From Klebsormidium nitens (Eukaryota > Plantae > Klebsormidiophyceae), in NCBI GenBank assembly GCA_000708835.1, contig DF237219.1, forward strand, positions 1 through 64,000: a DNA stretch of 64,000 bases, given 5' to 3'. The notes under the pieces are model-generated. The model had not been told where the DNA came from. It made no database searches and saw only the letters and a list, made by a program, of their open reading frames with translations. A program made the translations under genes and the position numbers. Of this stretch, positions 11,649 through 23,786 are shown in pieces. Position 1 is the stretch's first letter, and each line of letters begins with the position of its first letter.

Positions 11649-13935
11649 ATGGCAGCTATTGGGGCCGCTGTGCGGCTTTCTTCGCCCCTGACCTCCGGGC
11701 TTGCCTCCACCTCTGCGGCCTCTGCTTCAACTGAGGCCACAAGCATGTCCGCTGCATTCAACTTCCCCCCTCGCATGCAGTCCCAGCCTAACTCCCTCTC
11801 CTTCTCAGCAAGATTGCCAACTCCAGGGCAGACTGGGAGAACTTTCACCGCCCGGATCTCAGCGAGTCTCAGCAATGTGACCACGCACAGGCTGGAGCGG
11901 CAACCTTCCACGCAAAAACCCCCCACTCTCCAGCGGCAGCCAACGCAGAACCTTGGGAGGACAGGATCCGGGATCTTCGCTGGTATTGAGAGAAAGCTCA
12001 GCATCGGGAGCTACAGCCTGGAGAGGAAGGCGTCCATCGGCCTCAATAGGTTGGAGCGTTTGGGGAGTTCAGTTGGCAATGGGGGCTTGTTTGACCACCT
12101 GGCTTCAGTCCCGGAGCAGCCCTGGGGGGGTTCCAGCAACTCCCAGCCTGCAAGCTGGCATGCAGTCCCTGCTCCCCACGGTCATGCGGAGCACCAGAAG
12201 AAGATGGGGGTGGTTGCTTCTGCAGCAGCAGTTGGGGGAGCAGTCCATGCAGGCAGGGCGGCAGCGCAGCGGCGGAGCAATCTAAGCCACAGGCAGACAT
12301 CTGGATCTTGGGGCCCCTCCTCCCTCCCCTCCCACCCTGAAATGGAGGATGGCGAAACCGGGGTCTACTTTGAGGACACCCCCCGTCTGGCGTATGCTGG
12401 CTCGATGAGCGCGGCACTAGAGTTTGACCCTCTGGATCTTGGCTCCTCCCACCTCATGTCCCAGTTGGAGATCCAGAACACGCGCAGCGGGGTTGCGGAG
12501 AAGATCCAGTCTGCCTACCAGGGGCTGCTGAAGCAGGACTGGCCGGTGTTCATTGGGTCACTGTTCGCTGCCCCCGCAGCACTGAGCGCAGTGTTTGGGG
12601 TGCTGTACATGCTGGACCCTGCTGGCCTTGCCCTTGATGACAGGTGAGGACCTTGAACATTAGTAGAGGCAATCGCCTATCACAGTCTTTCATCTTTCCA
12701 TATCTGTGCCATTCTTTGCATTTCTGTGCCAATCTGGATCTGCATCTCTGTGCCGATCTGGATATGCAAAGCCCTTGCAAATATGTCCCATCAAATGCAC
12801 TGTTGATCCTTCTTGACACTTTATCAGTCTGGCATGCGAGACATTGCATTGAGGTTGTGTCTGTCAACAGTCTTCATTGCTTCTTTTCTCATCTCAATTA
12901 GTGACAACCATTCTCATCCGTCTTCATTTCTGTCTGTGCAGTGTCGTCAAGTGTGCTGCCTCCTTTGGCTGCCCTGCCAGCACTGTCGGCACCCCCAGCC
13001 TGTTCACCTACCTCAACGCCGTCATGATGTCCATGTCCATGAGCACCGGGGTGGACCCCGTAATGCACGCCGTCAGCCCCTTCACCATGCTGGTCAGCCA
13101 GCTCAACGGCCTCGCCTCCCAGTGCATGTTCGTCCTCCTCAGCGGCGCCGTCTTTGCCCGCCTGTCCCAGCCCTCCCAGCCAGTGGTGTGCGCAGAGAAG
13201 GCGCTCCTGTGCAATGGTGCAGCAGACACAAGGTGAGGGGATTGACTAATTTTTTTTGCTCCCTGCTATCTCTTCAGTTGCACTTTGGTTCAGTGTCTTG
13301 TGGTCGAACTGTCAGAATGGACAGCAATTGTTCTCCCTTCTTCTGTCTCCCCTAATCAAGATATTGGCAGATTCCATGAAAGCCAAGAGATATGTTTGGT
13401 TGTTTCAGTTTCCTATGTGCATGCCTGTTTGCAGTATTTCAAGAAATATCTCGCAAAGCTGCAATACTTGCTGGTGTTTGCATTTGCCTCCTCACTGCCA
13501 CTTCCGATGACTGCTTGTTTCAGATGCTGTTCCTATCTCTTCATCAAAAGCCTTCACTTGAACACTCTGCTGACAAGCTCTTTTCGCTTTCCCAGGGTCC
13601 TTGCCACCCGCTACGTCACTCGCCACGAAATGGTAGACGTCCGCGTATCCGCAACCATAACCCGCACTGTGCGCACCTCCAATGGCAGCTGGACCCGCAC
13701 CGAACAGCCCCTGCGCCTCGCCCAGTCGGAAGCCGTCTACCAGTCTGAGGGGATGGTTATCCAGCACCTGGTCGACAGGAGCAGCCCCCTTTATGGCTGC
13801 AGCGAGCAGGATCTGAAGGAGCAGGACGTGGTCCTGCGGTGTAGTATTGTGGGGCTGGACAGGGCCACGATGGGGTCTGTGTTCCATGTCGAAGAGTACA
13901 AGGCGAAGGATGGGAAGCTGGCGCTTGCTAGATAA
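11649..13935 (+). CDS. Inward-rectifier K+ channel (Kir/KirBac)-fold protein with a non-canonical filter
   Basis: Exons 11649-12643, 12942-13232, 13596-13935, in phase. Contains TM1 (WPVFIGSLFAAPAALSAVFGVLY), a pore helix, TM2 ending GAVFARLSQP (compare Kir G.VFA(R/K)..(R/K)P), and a cytoplasmic domain with HLVDRSSPLYG and IVGLDRATMGSV. Confidence 0.8.
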
Positions 13936-14914
13936 CGGTAGGGGTGACTGGCCACGAAAATGTGGGCCAGTTTCTGTAAAGAAATAATTGAAACCGTTGA
14001 ATAGGTAAACAGGCACGCTTGTCAAATGATAGTCTAGATTGGATTGCTCGCGCAGAATTGCACGCTTACGGCCTCTTGACAGAATTGAAAGTCTAAAACC
14101 AGAGAACAGTTTGGTAAGTAGAATAGAAAAGGAAAATCACTAACTGAACAAGCACGCTGTGCTATATGATAACGGAAAAATGCTGATATACATAAATTGC
14201 AACTTCGCTCACTGCCGCCTCATCATTTATACTGCTCTCTGCTCGCCTTTAATGGTGTCCTCTTAGAAGAGCTGAATTTTAGTGAAGTTCAGAATTGTAT
14301 GTGCATACTCTGTCAGTAAGCGGAATACTTTGGAATGAATGCGAATGGATGTTTAATGCATCAAAACTCTCCAAATCAAATTCGTGAGGGGGAAAAACGT
14401 TTAAGAAGGTAAAGTTCAAATATACGTCCGCGAGATTGGATCACAACGAACCATTTAGAGTGCAGATCAACGGCCCCCTTCACGTTGCGCAATCCACTTC
14501 GCCAATCTGTCATCAGCCGTATGATTGAACTGTACGTGGGCTGACTGATTATGTTTTCCTTTCCCATTCTGAAAGCTATCGTCCCACACGCATTGAGTTT
14601 CTAAGAGAGAGAGATGAAGACGAAGCTGTGCGCACTGAAGACACTTGTACAAACAGGATGCACCTCACGTACAAAGACTGATGTGACGACATCTGAAGTC
14701 GTGCCTATCCGAATCAGAGTCAGAGAGCTGCCTACCACTGCGCCGGCCCATGCAAATGGAAATGTGGTATTGCATAGCGTGATTAGTCCATCTCAGAAGA
14801 AGCATGTCGACCTTTCTAGAGCTGGAATTCTGCAAAGGCATAATCTTGAGCAACTACCGTAGCACACCTTATAAATAGTCTGCCAACTCGTTTTTCCCCA
14901 CAGTCTGAAAAGCG

Positions 14915-16374
14915 TCAAGGTCTGATGGCCAAGTCTCTAAGTTCTGGTCGTAGGTTCATTGAATTCAGCAAGTAGTGCTGCAATAAGCACTCCTCGGACG
15001 TCACAGTGCGGAGGACGTCCGGGTCTTGCTCCATGGCCTTCATCCACTGGTGGGACTGCCAAAGCACAAACACGCACGTAACTTGAGCAGTGACACCTAC
15101 GGCCTGAAACAATCTGATCAGGATGGCTAGGTATCTTGATTCGATAGAATTTGACGTCACGACTCGGATTCAGGCGAACTTATACCCCAAGGACGCTATG
15201 ATGAGCAGATGACGTCGCTGGGCGGCTGGCCGTTCCTGCCCTTGGATGCACGAAACCAGATCGGTCCGAATGCCCACAACCAGGAGCAGCACTGCATTCG
15301 AGAATGTCAAGAGAAGTGCTTTTGTCGACAATCGGCCCATGGATCGGATCTGTCACCGACGTCCTGGCTAAAAGGTTTCTGACCACGCCTGCAACAAATT
15401 AATGGGGCCTGATCTCTGCAAGAGACTCACGCCGGAAACTCCGTTGTCTCTCGAGCTGCGGCAGGCGGAGCGCGAAAGACGCCAGGTGGATGTCGACAAC
15501 GCTCATGCGGTCATCGAAGAAGAAGGGCTCGGTCTGCGGACGTCTCTTGCAGCGCCTCGTCGAGGTGCGCGCGTCCACAGGTGCGCGCGCAGGGCCTTGT
15601 GAGCGTGTTCGGGGTCGTCGTCGGGCATGCTCCGCGCAACGCGGAAGAAGGCCGGCCCCGACTGCAATGGAAAGTTTATCTCACTTAAACAAGCTTCAGG
15701 AATGGCCGTCTTTCTTTTCGAGGCTCTCCCGGCAAACGATGGCGCACAGCATGATCAACCGCCGCGCGCGGAAAGAGTTGACACGTCAGACATGTCTTCT
15801 TTCCCTGTTACTGGCAGCCCACCTGAGAAAGCCACACCCGCCTCCTTACGTGAGACTCTGATGGCGGTTTATGGATCCCACTTCAATCCAATGTACTTCT
15901 GATTCGAAGTACAGATGAAGCCGCCAGTTTTCTCTTGACAGATCGAAAGCGCAGGTCTGTGGACGTTTGAGATTCAACCGTCGAGCACTATATTCGACCA
16001 GATTCTGAAGCAGAGAAGGATTTGCAGTCTCGAGTGGATTTGAAAAGGTGGCATATCAAGCTACGGCTCGGCTGATTACATTCACGATGATGAAATTGGA
16101 TCCATGTACGCGCTTTCGCTTTGCGGTGCAGCTCTGACGGAAAGAAGGCGGGGTGGCGAGGAGACAGGAACGCCTCGTCGAGGTGCCTGCGGACCTGGGG
16201 CCGCTCTGTCTTGAAAATACGTAACCATGACCACAAAGTGCCACGAATGCAGAGTGAGCACAGACGCGGATTTAGAGGACCAGGAGTTGAAATTCTTCAA
16301 AAAAGATTTCCACCGTTTTAGCTTGGTCAAAACGACGTACTCGATGATGACGGCGGTTTCGCTAATGAGGTGAC
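14915..16374 (-). pseudogene. Frameshifted GST paralog of the gene at 18096-20445 (pseudogene or assembly error)
   Basis: Exon-like blocks: 16374-16341 (GHLISETAVIIE), 16186-16080 (HLDEAF..FFPSELHRKAKARTWIQF), 15661-15431 (GPAFFR..AHLDEALQETS..EPFFFDDRMSVVDIHLASFALRL, spread over three frames), ~15055-14915 (HQWMKAMEQDPDVLRTV). The blocks are colinear with the + strand GST. Confidence 0.75.
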
Positions 16375-18095
16375 CTGCAAATAGCCAGGTGGCGCAGCTC
16401 AGCCAAGGCGAGCCTGTTCAGATGCAGAGAGCAGTAAGTCGCTGTCGAGCGGAGGAGAGTGCAAGCATCTTCGTGAAGGCGCGCGGACCAAGAGTCAGAA
16501 AAAACATGCCATTCAGATTCTTGAACCCCTGCAGAACTGTGGCGCCGCAGCCGTTCTGATGTGGGAAACGTACCGCATCAGATCAATCCTTGCAGCTCAT
16601 AGCCGAAGATAATCAAGCTCACCGCACAGACGGAACTGCGGAGGTCTTGACTTTCTGGGCGATTGATTCGCGGGACTCTTGAGCGAAGCTTTCCTGCTTT
16701 TAAGCAACGAACAGAGTCACAAACAAGCCGCCTGAAGATGCTAAAAGCATCATCCTCCAGTCAGATTGCAAGCAGGTTAGAAACTGATCGGACAATTCAA
16801 CCGAAGCAGGAGAAACGAAACGGGCTTGAGCACTGTGCCCAGGAGCCTTCATATTGCGCGACTGGGCGGCAATGCAGCAAAACTTCTGGGCTGGTAACAA
16901 AAGCAAAGAACGGAGTGCAATGATGAGACGACGGTGAACACAAGTCAAAGCTTTTCTCCAGTTTCTCAGCGGAGGTACAAAACCCAGAAGAAAGGCTGCT
17001 CTCGAACAAAGTTGGCCAAGTATCCCACCCACACGAGTTGCACACGTCAAATGCCTTTGTGATCAGCTCTTTATTGCTCTCTTAGCAGGCCATCGTAGGG
17101 CCCTGGTGCATGTGCCCACAACGTTCCCTGAATTCTGACCGTTGTTGCAGCAGAGTAGGGACTTTCCCTCGAGGGTTGTCACTTGAGCGAATCTGCTTGC
17201 TTCTGAGTCTCAAGTCCTCTTCGACCCGTTGATACCCCGTTGATACTGTACGCCCTCCTTCTCTAACGCTATCCACACTAGTCTCTTTGCAAAAGGAGAA
17301 CCCCAGGCATTGAAGAAACTGACCGTCTCCTCGTTCAGCTGGACCTTCGCCATGATTTTGATCGCACTACTTGGCGAGTACGTCTTGGTACACCGTATGC
17401 GATGCGAAGACGGGCAGGAGACGCCGGGGGGCCCGGTCCTTGGAGTAGTTCCTCGTGCTTACTTACCTGCAAGCTAACGTTCAACAGATTGAGAAACATT
17501 GCTGCACTCGAGTGCCGTATAAGAATCTGCAAATTTCTCCTGAAGTGTCTCTTTGAAGCTATCAAGCTAGTTCTGCAGTGTACCGCTGATACCGGCGCTG
17601 CATTTGTAGCGTCCTCGCGCGAGAAATTGTACTATCTGAACCGTCCATGCACTCTTGTTTAAGCGTCGACGGTGCGAACGCCCCCGCCGGTGGGCTCCGG
17701 CGCTGACCATCGATAAGCGCCATCGGTCCGCTGCATGCACCGACAGCAGTCTCTACGCTGCATCATGCAACCGACCGGCCGAATGGGGTGTGCACTGTGC
17801 ATGCAGAATGCTGTTCACAGTGTAACTTGAAGGCAGGACCCATGATGAATATCCTCCAGCCCCCAGCAATGCCCAAGCTGCACCCCATACAATTCTAGCT
17901 GATCAGCGCTGGAGAAGTCAAGCTTCTAGAGGCTAGTTGAGACACTGGAATTTGGTGAAGTGGGAGCTCAACTTGTCCGCCGTTGGAGATAAGAGTCCTG
18001 TGCCAAAGGGCCGGGTGTTTGTGGGCAATCAGTAGCCGATCCGGGAAGCGCAGCATCTAGATATCTGACAGCAAGCTGCTCTGGCCGCCGCCGCC

Positions 18096-20445
18096 ATGGC
18101 TCATTCGCAGGGTCATTCGCACGACGTGGTCAGGTTCTTTAATGCATGGCCCAGCCCCTTCGCCCAGAGGGTGTGGATCGCCCTCAACAGAAAGGGCATC
18201 GACTATGAGAGGATCGACATCGACCCGTCGTATGAGCGCAAGCCGCCAGAGCTGCTCAAAGCCAATCCCAAAGGGACAGTGCCCACAATCATCCACAAAG
18301 GTGCCAAATGCGCCTGCTCTGGCTGGCCGTCCTTTGAATCATCCTCGCGAAAATCTTCTGCAGTTGCTAATGACATAGGATCTTTCTTGCTTTTCTCATC
18401 ATGCACAAGGGACAGAAACGCCGTTCTGAAGAGAGCTCGTGCAGGTGGTGTGTCAGTACTACTAGTTGGAGTGGTAAGAGGTGTTTGAGTGGTGCGCGCA
18501 TCCTCAATGCACCAGATAGAATCCTGAAATCGTCAAGCTGTCTGACGCTCAGGTTCTGGCACTCAATGGAAAGTTCTTCTGAAAGTGGCACTCTAACACG
18601 ATTGCTCACAAATCATGTTCCAAAACATCTATTTGACCGGGGAACTTTTCGGCTCTATCCATATCAAAGGTCAATGCGTTCAGGGAATCAAATATCAAGC
18701 TGCGACAAGCTGACGCAACGACTCTGCCTGCAGGGCACAGCGTCTATGAGTCCTCCATCGTGATTGAGGTGCGCTGCGCAACGCCCTCCTCCATCGGTCA
18801 TCTTCCAACGTCTGTTCAACATGTGATTTGCTAAGCTCGAGTGTTTGAGGTTTAACAAATGGCAGCTTTTACATTTGGAGACGTCTCTGGAGCACTTCTT
18901 GGATAATTTGAGGACCCAGCAGTTGTGGGCACCATAGATTGATGGAGTGCGGTTACTGAGGGGCTGACGCTCGGAACTTTTTGGGTGTGCTCCAGTACCT
19001 TGAGGATGCCTGGCCGTACCTGCCAGCAGACCGGGCCCTCTTCCCCAAGGAGCCTCACCTCAAGGCGCAAGCGAGGATCCGCATCAACGCTATCAACACG
19101 GAGGTGACACACAGGCCCCGATTGCTTTTTATTGTCAGTAGTCACGCATCCTGTTGATTGAATCAACCCTGCATCTGGGCCCTGTTCAGTATCTGGTTAC
19201 GGAGTTTTCTCTTTGTTGAGTGGAGGCCGACGATGTACATAGAGGGCAGCTTGCATTACGAAACCGAGTTCTTGATGGGCTTTTGATAATGTTCAAGCAG
19301 CAAACACGAAGCTTGAAACGCGAGATCTGCCTTGATCCGCGCACTTTGCCGTTCTGAATCGCTGGCGCCTTCGAAGACGCCCAACCAACGTCCGATCGTT
19401 CCGACTGTCAGTCTCACAATCCAAGGCAAGTCTTGTTTCGACAAAGTATCTTGCAGAGGGAACTGGGCTCCATGTTTCTCATTGAAGTCAATCTACACGG
19501 TTCGAAGCCGAAGTACCGACCCGCTTCCCTTCTCCGCAGTTCGTGCCGTCCTTCTTCTCGCTGTTCCTGGCTAAGACTCAGTCGGAGGTGGAGAAAGGCC
19601 GGGAGAAGTTCACCGAGCAGCTGCGCAACGTGAACGACGCGCTCAAGGAGTCGTCACCCGAGGGGCCGTTCTTCTCGGGACCAAATCTCGAGGCGGTGGA
19701 TGCTAACCTGATCCCGTTCGCGGTCCGGCTTTTCATCTTGGAGCGCCTTCGCGGATACAAGAGTGAGGCGCCGTCTCAGCTGGTTTGTGCAAAGTCGAGA
19801 GACCAGTCTGCATCTTGTCGATTGCCCCAGACATAACCACGTTTTGTATGTGGTTTGAGCAGCTTTGATCTGTGCCGTATGATCATCGAAGCAAACCGAA
19901 GTTTCAGACTGGTTGCGAACGAGCTTCGCCTTTGCCCTCGTCAGCTCACGCCCGACTCGAACGTCGAAGCTTCTTGTGTATCGCTTGCGAGCGCAGCCAA
20001 GCCCTGCACGTTAATCTTACCCCCTCACACGCTCCCTGATACGCACTCTTCTGGAGACTGTCACCTTTCACGAAGGCGGATAGCTCCTCTTGCCTTTGGC
20101 TTTGAGGATGAACAGTAAAGGAGGCAAATACGTACTCTTGCTACGCAAGCATTGTCCGCCTTCAACGGCCAGATCCGCACAATGTTTGGTCTTCGTCTTG
20201 CAGCTCCGTCCGAGGAGGAGCTCCCGCGCTTCTGGCAATGGCTGAAGGCGGCAGAGAAGCACCCGGCGGTGGTGCCCACAATCCACGACCAACAGGAGAT
20301 GCTCGACTTCTATCAGAAGTACGCCGAGAAGAAGGGCGCGCTGCCGACTGGGCCGGAATTGCTGCTGGTTCCTTCAGTGATTGTAGGTCAAAAGGAGCTC
20401 GGAGACCAATCGAAATTCTTATTCTGTATGCCCAGCTTTACCTAA
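18096..20445 (+). CDS. Glutathione S-transferase with a Ser-type active site (Tau/Omega/Lambda-like)
   Basis: Exons 18096-18300, 18734-18768, 18996-19103, 19540-19762, 20204-20445. Motifs: WPSPFAQRVWIAL, NPKGTVP (cis-Pro loop), YESSIVIEYLED, GPFFSG....VDANLIPFAVR. Confidence 0.93.
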
Positions 20446-21384
20446 GCTGCCGTGGCACTTTAACATGTGGTAGCGCTGTCTCGTCAAAAGTAAAGCACTG
20501 CGGGTCTAAGCGACTCGATTCAACCGTTTTCAGGAGAGACAACTTCCCGGTCAAGGTCCGCAACTTTTGACATGTCAGAGTTTTGCCATGCTTTGCATAC
20601 ACAACAATATCCAGGCACTTGAATAAACTTTCAGCACTCGCGCCGGATTCAGTTTTCTAACATGGTTAGCTTCCTGGCCCAGATCTCACATGTCATGTAG
20701 ACGAAACGGACGTCGGGACGCGAATGCACTCGACTCGATCGGGCACGCACATGCATACGCAGTCGCATTCACAGGAAGGCATTCGAGATAGTGTGTGCAG
20801 ATACATGTCGAGTTCGACCCCGTTTAGATTCTATTGATGTCTGAAGACTTCTAACTTGAAGGCGCCAAGGTATTGATAAGGGTCGATACACGCATGGCGC
20901 CGCAAAAAAATTGTTGTGCAGCATGTGGCATCCCATCCAATCATACATGTACAGTCATCACGCGTCTTATTCGTGACAAACAGTATGCCTGACAAGTATA
21001 GCCTGTGATACCGGCAACCTGCTCAATCAAATCCAGTGGTGGACCTTGATAGAGTAGCCGCCACGATACTACCATTTACAGCTTGTGGTTAGGACCCAAC
21101 TTGGACTGCGCTCCAGCTCCACAAATCAACCCCAGACATGATCGACCTCGCACTGGATGCATTCCGGCGATTGTGCACCCAACGTAGATTAGGTAATTGG
21201 ATCTTGGCATGTCACCTAATCTCTTTTTTAAAGCGCAAATATATAGCGCCAGGTATATTCAAAGCGACAACTGTGACTGGTACCTTAGTGTCTGCTACCT
21301 TGGCACTGTAAACGATTGGATCGAGACCACTAGTATTTGACATTTTTCCGTGACTTGAAGAGTGTACGAAAGCTTCGAAGCGGA

Positions 21385-23786
21385 CTACCTCTTTGCCTCC
21401 CCTTTGCTGACGTCTTTCTTCTCAGTAACGGCCGCTGCTCCTGGTGGAAATATTAGACACAAGCGAGGCTTGTACCGCTTCACCCGTTGCTGCCACTCCT
21501 CGCGCTTCCTGTTACGATATACCGTTTTTTGTGAGAAGAAGACAACGTTGCAACCCATTCGTTACGGTTACAGCTTTCGGCCAGCAAGAAGCGTCTCATC
21601 AGGATTGAAAAGGCAGGTCCCGACTCAACCCGGAACCTCGAAGAAACTGGGTCGGGTCGTCCGTTGTTGCCATAGGATGCCAACACTACAAGCAGACCGT
21701 CACCTCTTCGCAGGCGAACCTGCTCGACAGTAAGCAGCCGAAACCTCACTTCTTTCTGATCTCCCGGAAGTTTCGAACATGCGTTCTTAACAGATCTCTT
21801 GGCGTCAGCCTTCCAGAGATAGTATCCTGCATACAAGCGGAAGACGTTTGAAGCCGGTTGCTAAGGACTTGCGCTGCCTCTTGGACGACGTTCCCGCGAG
21901 CCCATTACTCACTGTAGGCACGAAGATATGGAAAACAGGGAGAATAAAAGGCAGGTGAATCTGTTGCCGTCCTGTAAGCTCGAGACATTTCAAGTAGGAG
22001 GGGCGTTAGAGCTCACCTCCAAACTAAAACCACGCTCTTCCTGTCCGCCGTTAGCGTCCGTTTCCCGGCTGAGCGGTTCCAATGGGAGGGGCCTGGGCAG
22101 AACGGATGGCACCACCGGAGCATACCCCAGCTGCAAAAACGAAAGATCAGTTCGTCTCAATTCTCGTTGATGAGAAGGACGCTCCAGCCGAAATCATCGA
22201 AGAGGGCGAACAGGATCTAAGTATAAGTGACGGGGAGCAAACGAGGAGCCACAAAGCGACCCCTGCCAAGATGAAGAAGAACCTCTATCGTGTTGCGGTA
22301 TTGAGCTCCCACCTCCTCATCGTCCGTCGGCCGGTTTCGGACCCATTTCCGGCACAAGCTGTACAAGGAGCTGGGGTCCGCTTCAGAGGACAACCGCACC
22401 TGCACGGAAGAAAGGTCGCTCACAGTCTAGCAGCCTTGCACAGGATTGGCCCCCTGAAACCGAACTTCGGAATCACTCGAACTATCAGAATCTTGTGCGC
22501 CTGCCGTATGGCAAGCTGGTCTCCATGCTCTGGAGCCCAAGATTAGCAACGAAAAGTCCGTGGACGCTAATCTCGTCCTATCTAACGAGACTGATGATAC
22601 GAATCAGAAACGTCCGTGTTTCTTTCTGGCGTCGTTCCTCGTATTTCCGCTTACTTGTTTTTACGAAAATGGTGAGATGGATAAGCGCCGGCAAGAATCC
22701 AATAAGCAAAAGCACAAGCTGCGGCTGACCTTGACAAGATGGGTCAAAGGCAGAGCCAGGCTCACCCTGTGATCGCCCACTGACACAATGATTGGCTCCT
22801 GCACCGTCTCTACATCCGACTGGAGGGGGTGGTCTTGGAACATGGTATGGCCACCTTCTTGGAACACCCTGATACAAGGAACGGTAGAAAGACAACTCTA
22901 TCCGGTGACATCAACCTGAATGCTTTGCGACTTACCCAACCGAACAACAGGAATCTAACATTGGTCTGCAGCACACTACTTAATCAAGCGCAGCAGTATA
23001 AGATGCACCTGAGCACAATTGCTTATTGTAAATGAAGCATCTGAAGCCCAACGTCCCAAGATCTGAGTTCCTCAAAACTCTCGCGCACCCATGGCGCCAT
23101 GTGAGGTGATCGCAAAGTCTCCTGAGCATGTTCAAGTCTTACCCTGAGGCAGGAACTTCATTCCCATCTGCTAGAGGAGCTGCTGCTGCTGGAAGTACAG
23201 ATGTGGCTACAGGGACACGCTCCCCCTGCAGGTAGGCACCGACATAAGATTGTCAGAACGATTCACCCTGTCTGGCCCATGTACATCGCTGCTCCCCTTC
23301 TTCATTTAGTTAGGTTGTGGGCATCACTAAAGATCAGAGGAGGCGGTGCTTGAGGAGCTGCAGTCAGCCACTCAGGGGCACAATTTCGAATGAGCCATCT
23401 CAGATACAGAAATGAGCAGACCTCCGTTTGATTCAGGTCCTTATGTTGCTTACCTCAGGCGTTGACAATGGGGTGCCAGCTGGAACTGGTCGCGCATCCG
23501 CACTCGGTTGCGCCAGCCTATGCTGCTCAGGACGAACTTGCTGGTCCAAGGAAGCAATTCCAGCTGGCTGTTGCTGCAATGCATAACCCTGGGGCTGAGC
23601 CCCAATGCTCGCTGACCCCTGTACCGATGCTTGCACCTGCTGCCCAGCACTACTCATTGCAGGACTTTGATTTGCAGAGAAGTTTGGCCTATTCAAGCCC
23701 GCCGAAGGGACTTGGCCATTAAGAAGCACGGGGTCTCCTCCTGTGAAGGTAGACTGGCTGTGACGAAGGCCATGATCCTCGGACAT
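21385..23786 (-). CDS. LIN37: LIN37-like subunit of the DREAM/MuvB complex
   Basis: Spliced minus-strand exons give a Q/P/A-rich N-terminus, then EPIIVSVGDHR|VRLSSEADPSSLYSLCRKWVRN, LPRPLP, and LLRTHVRNFREIRKKREEWQQRVKRYKPRL. These match recalled plant and animal LIN37 motifs. The start codon is tentative. Confidence 0.8.

Noticed and set aside
12701-12768. ~24-bp tandem units (TCTGTGCC..ATCTGGAT) in the Kir-like gene intron
   Set aside because: A minisatellite-like intronic duplication with no further structure.
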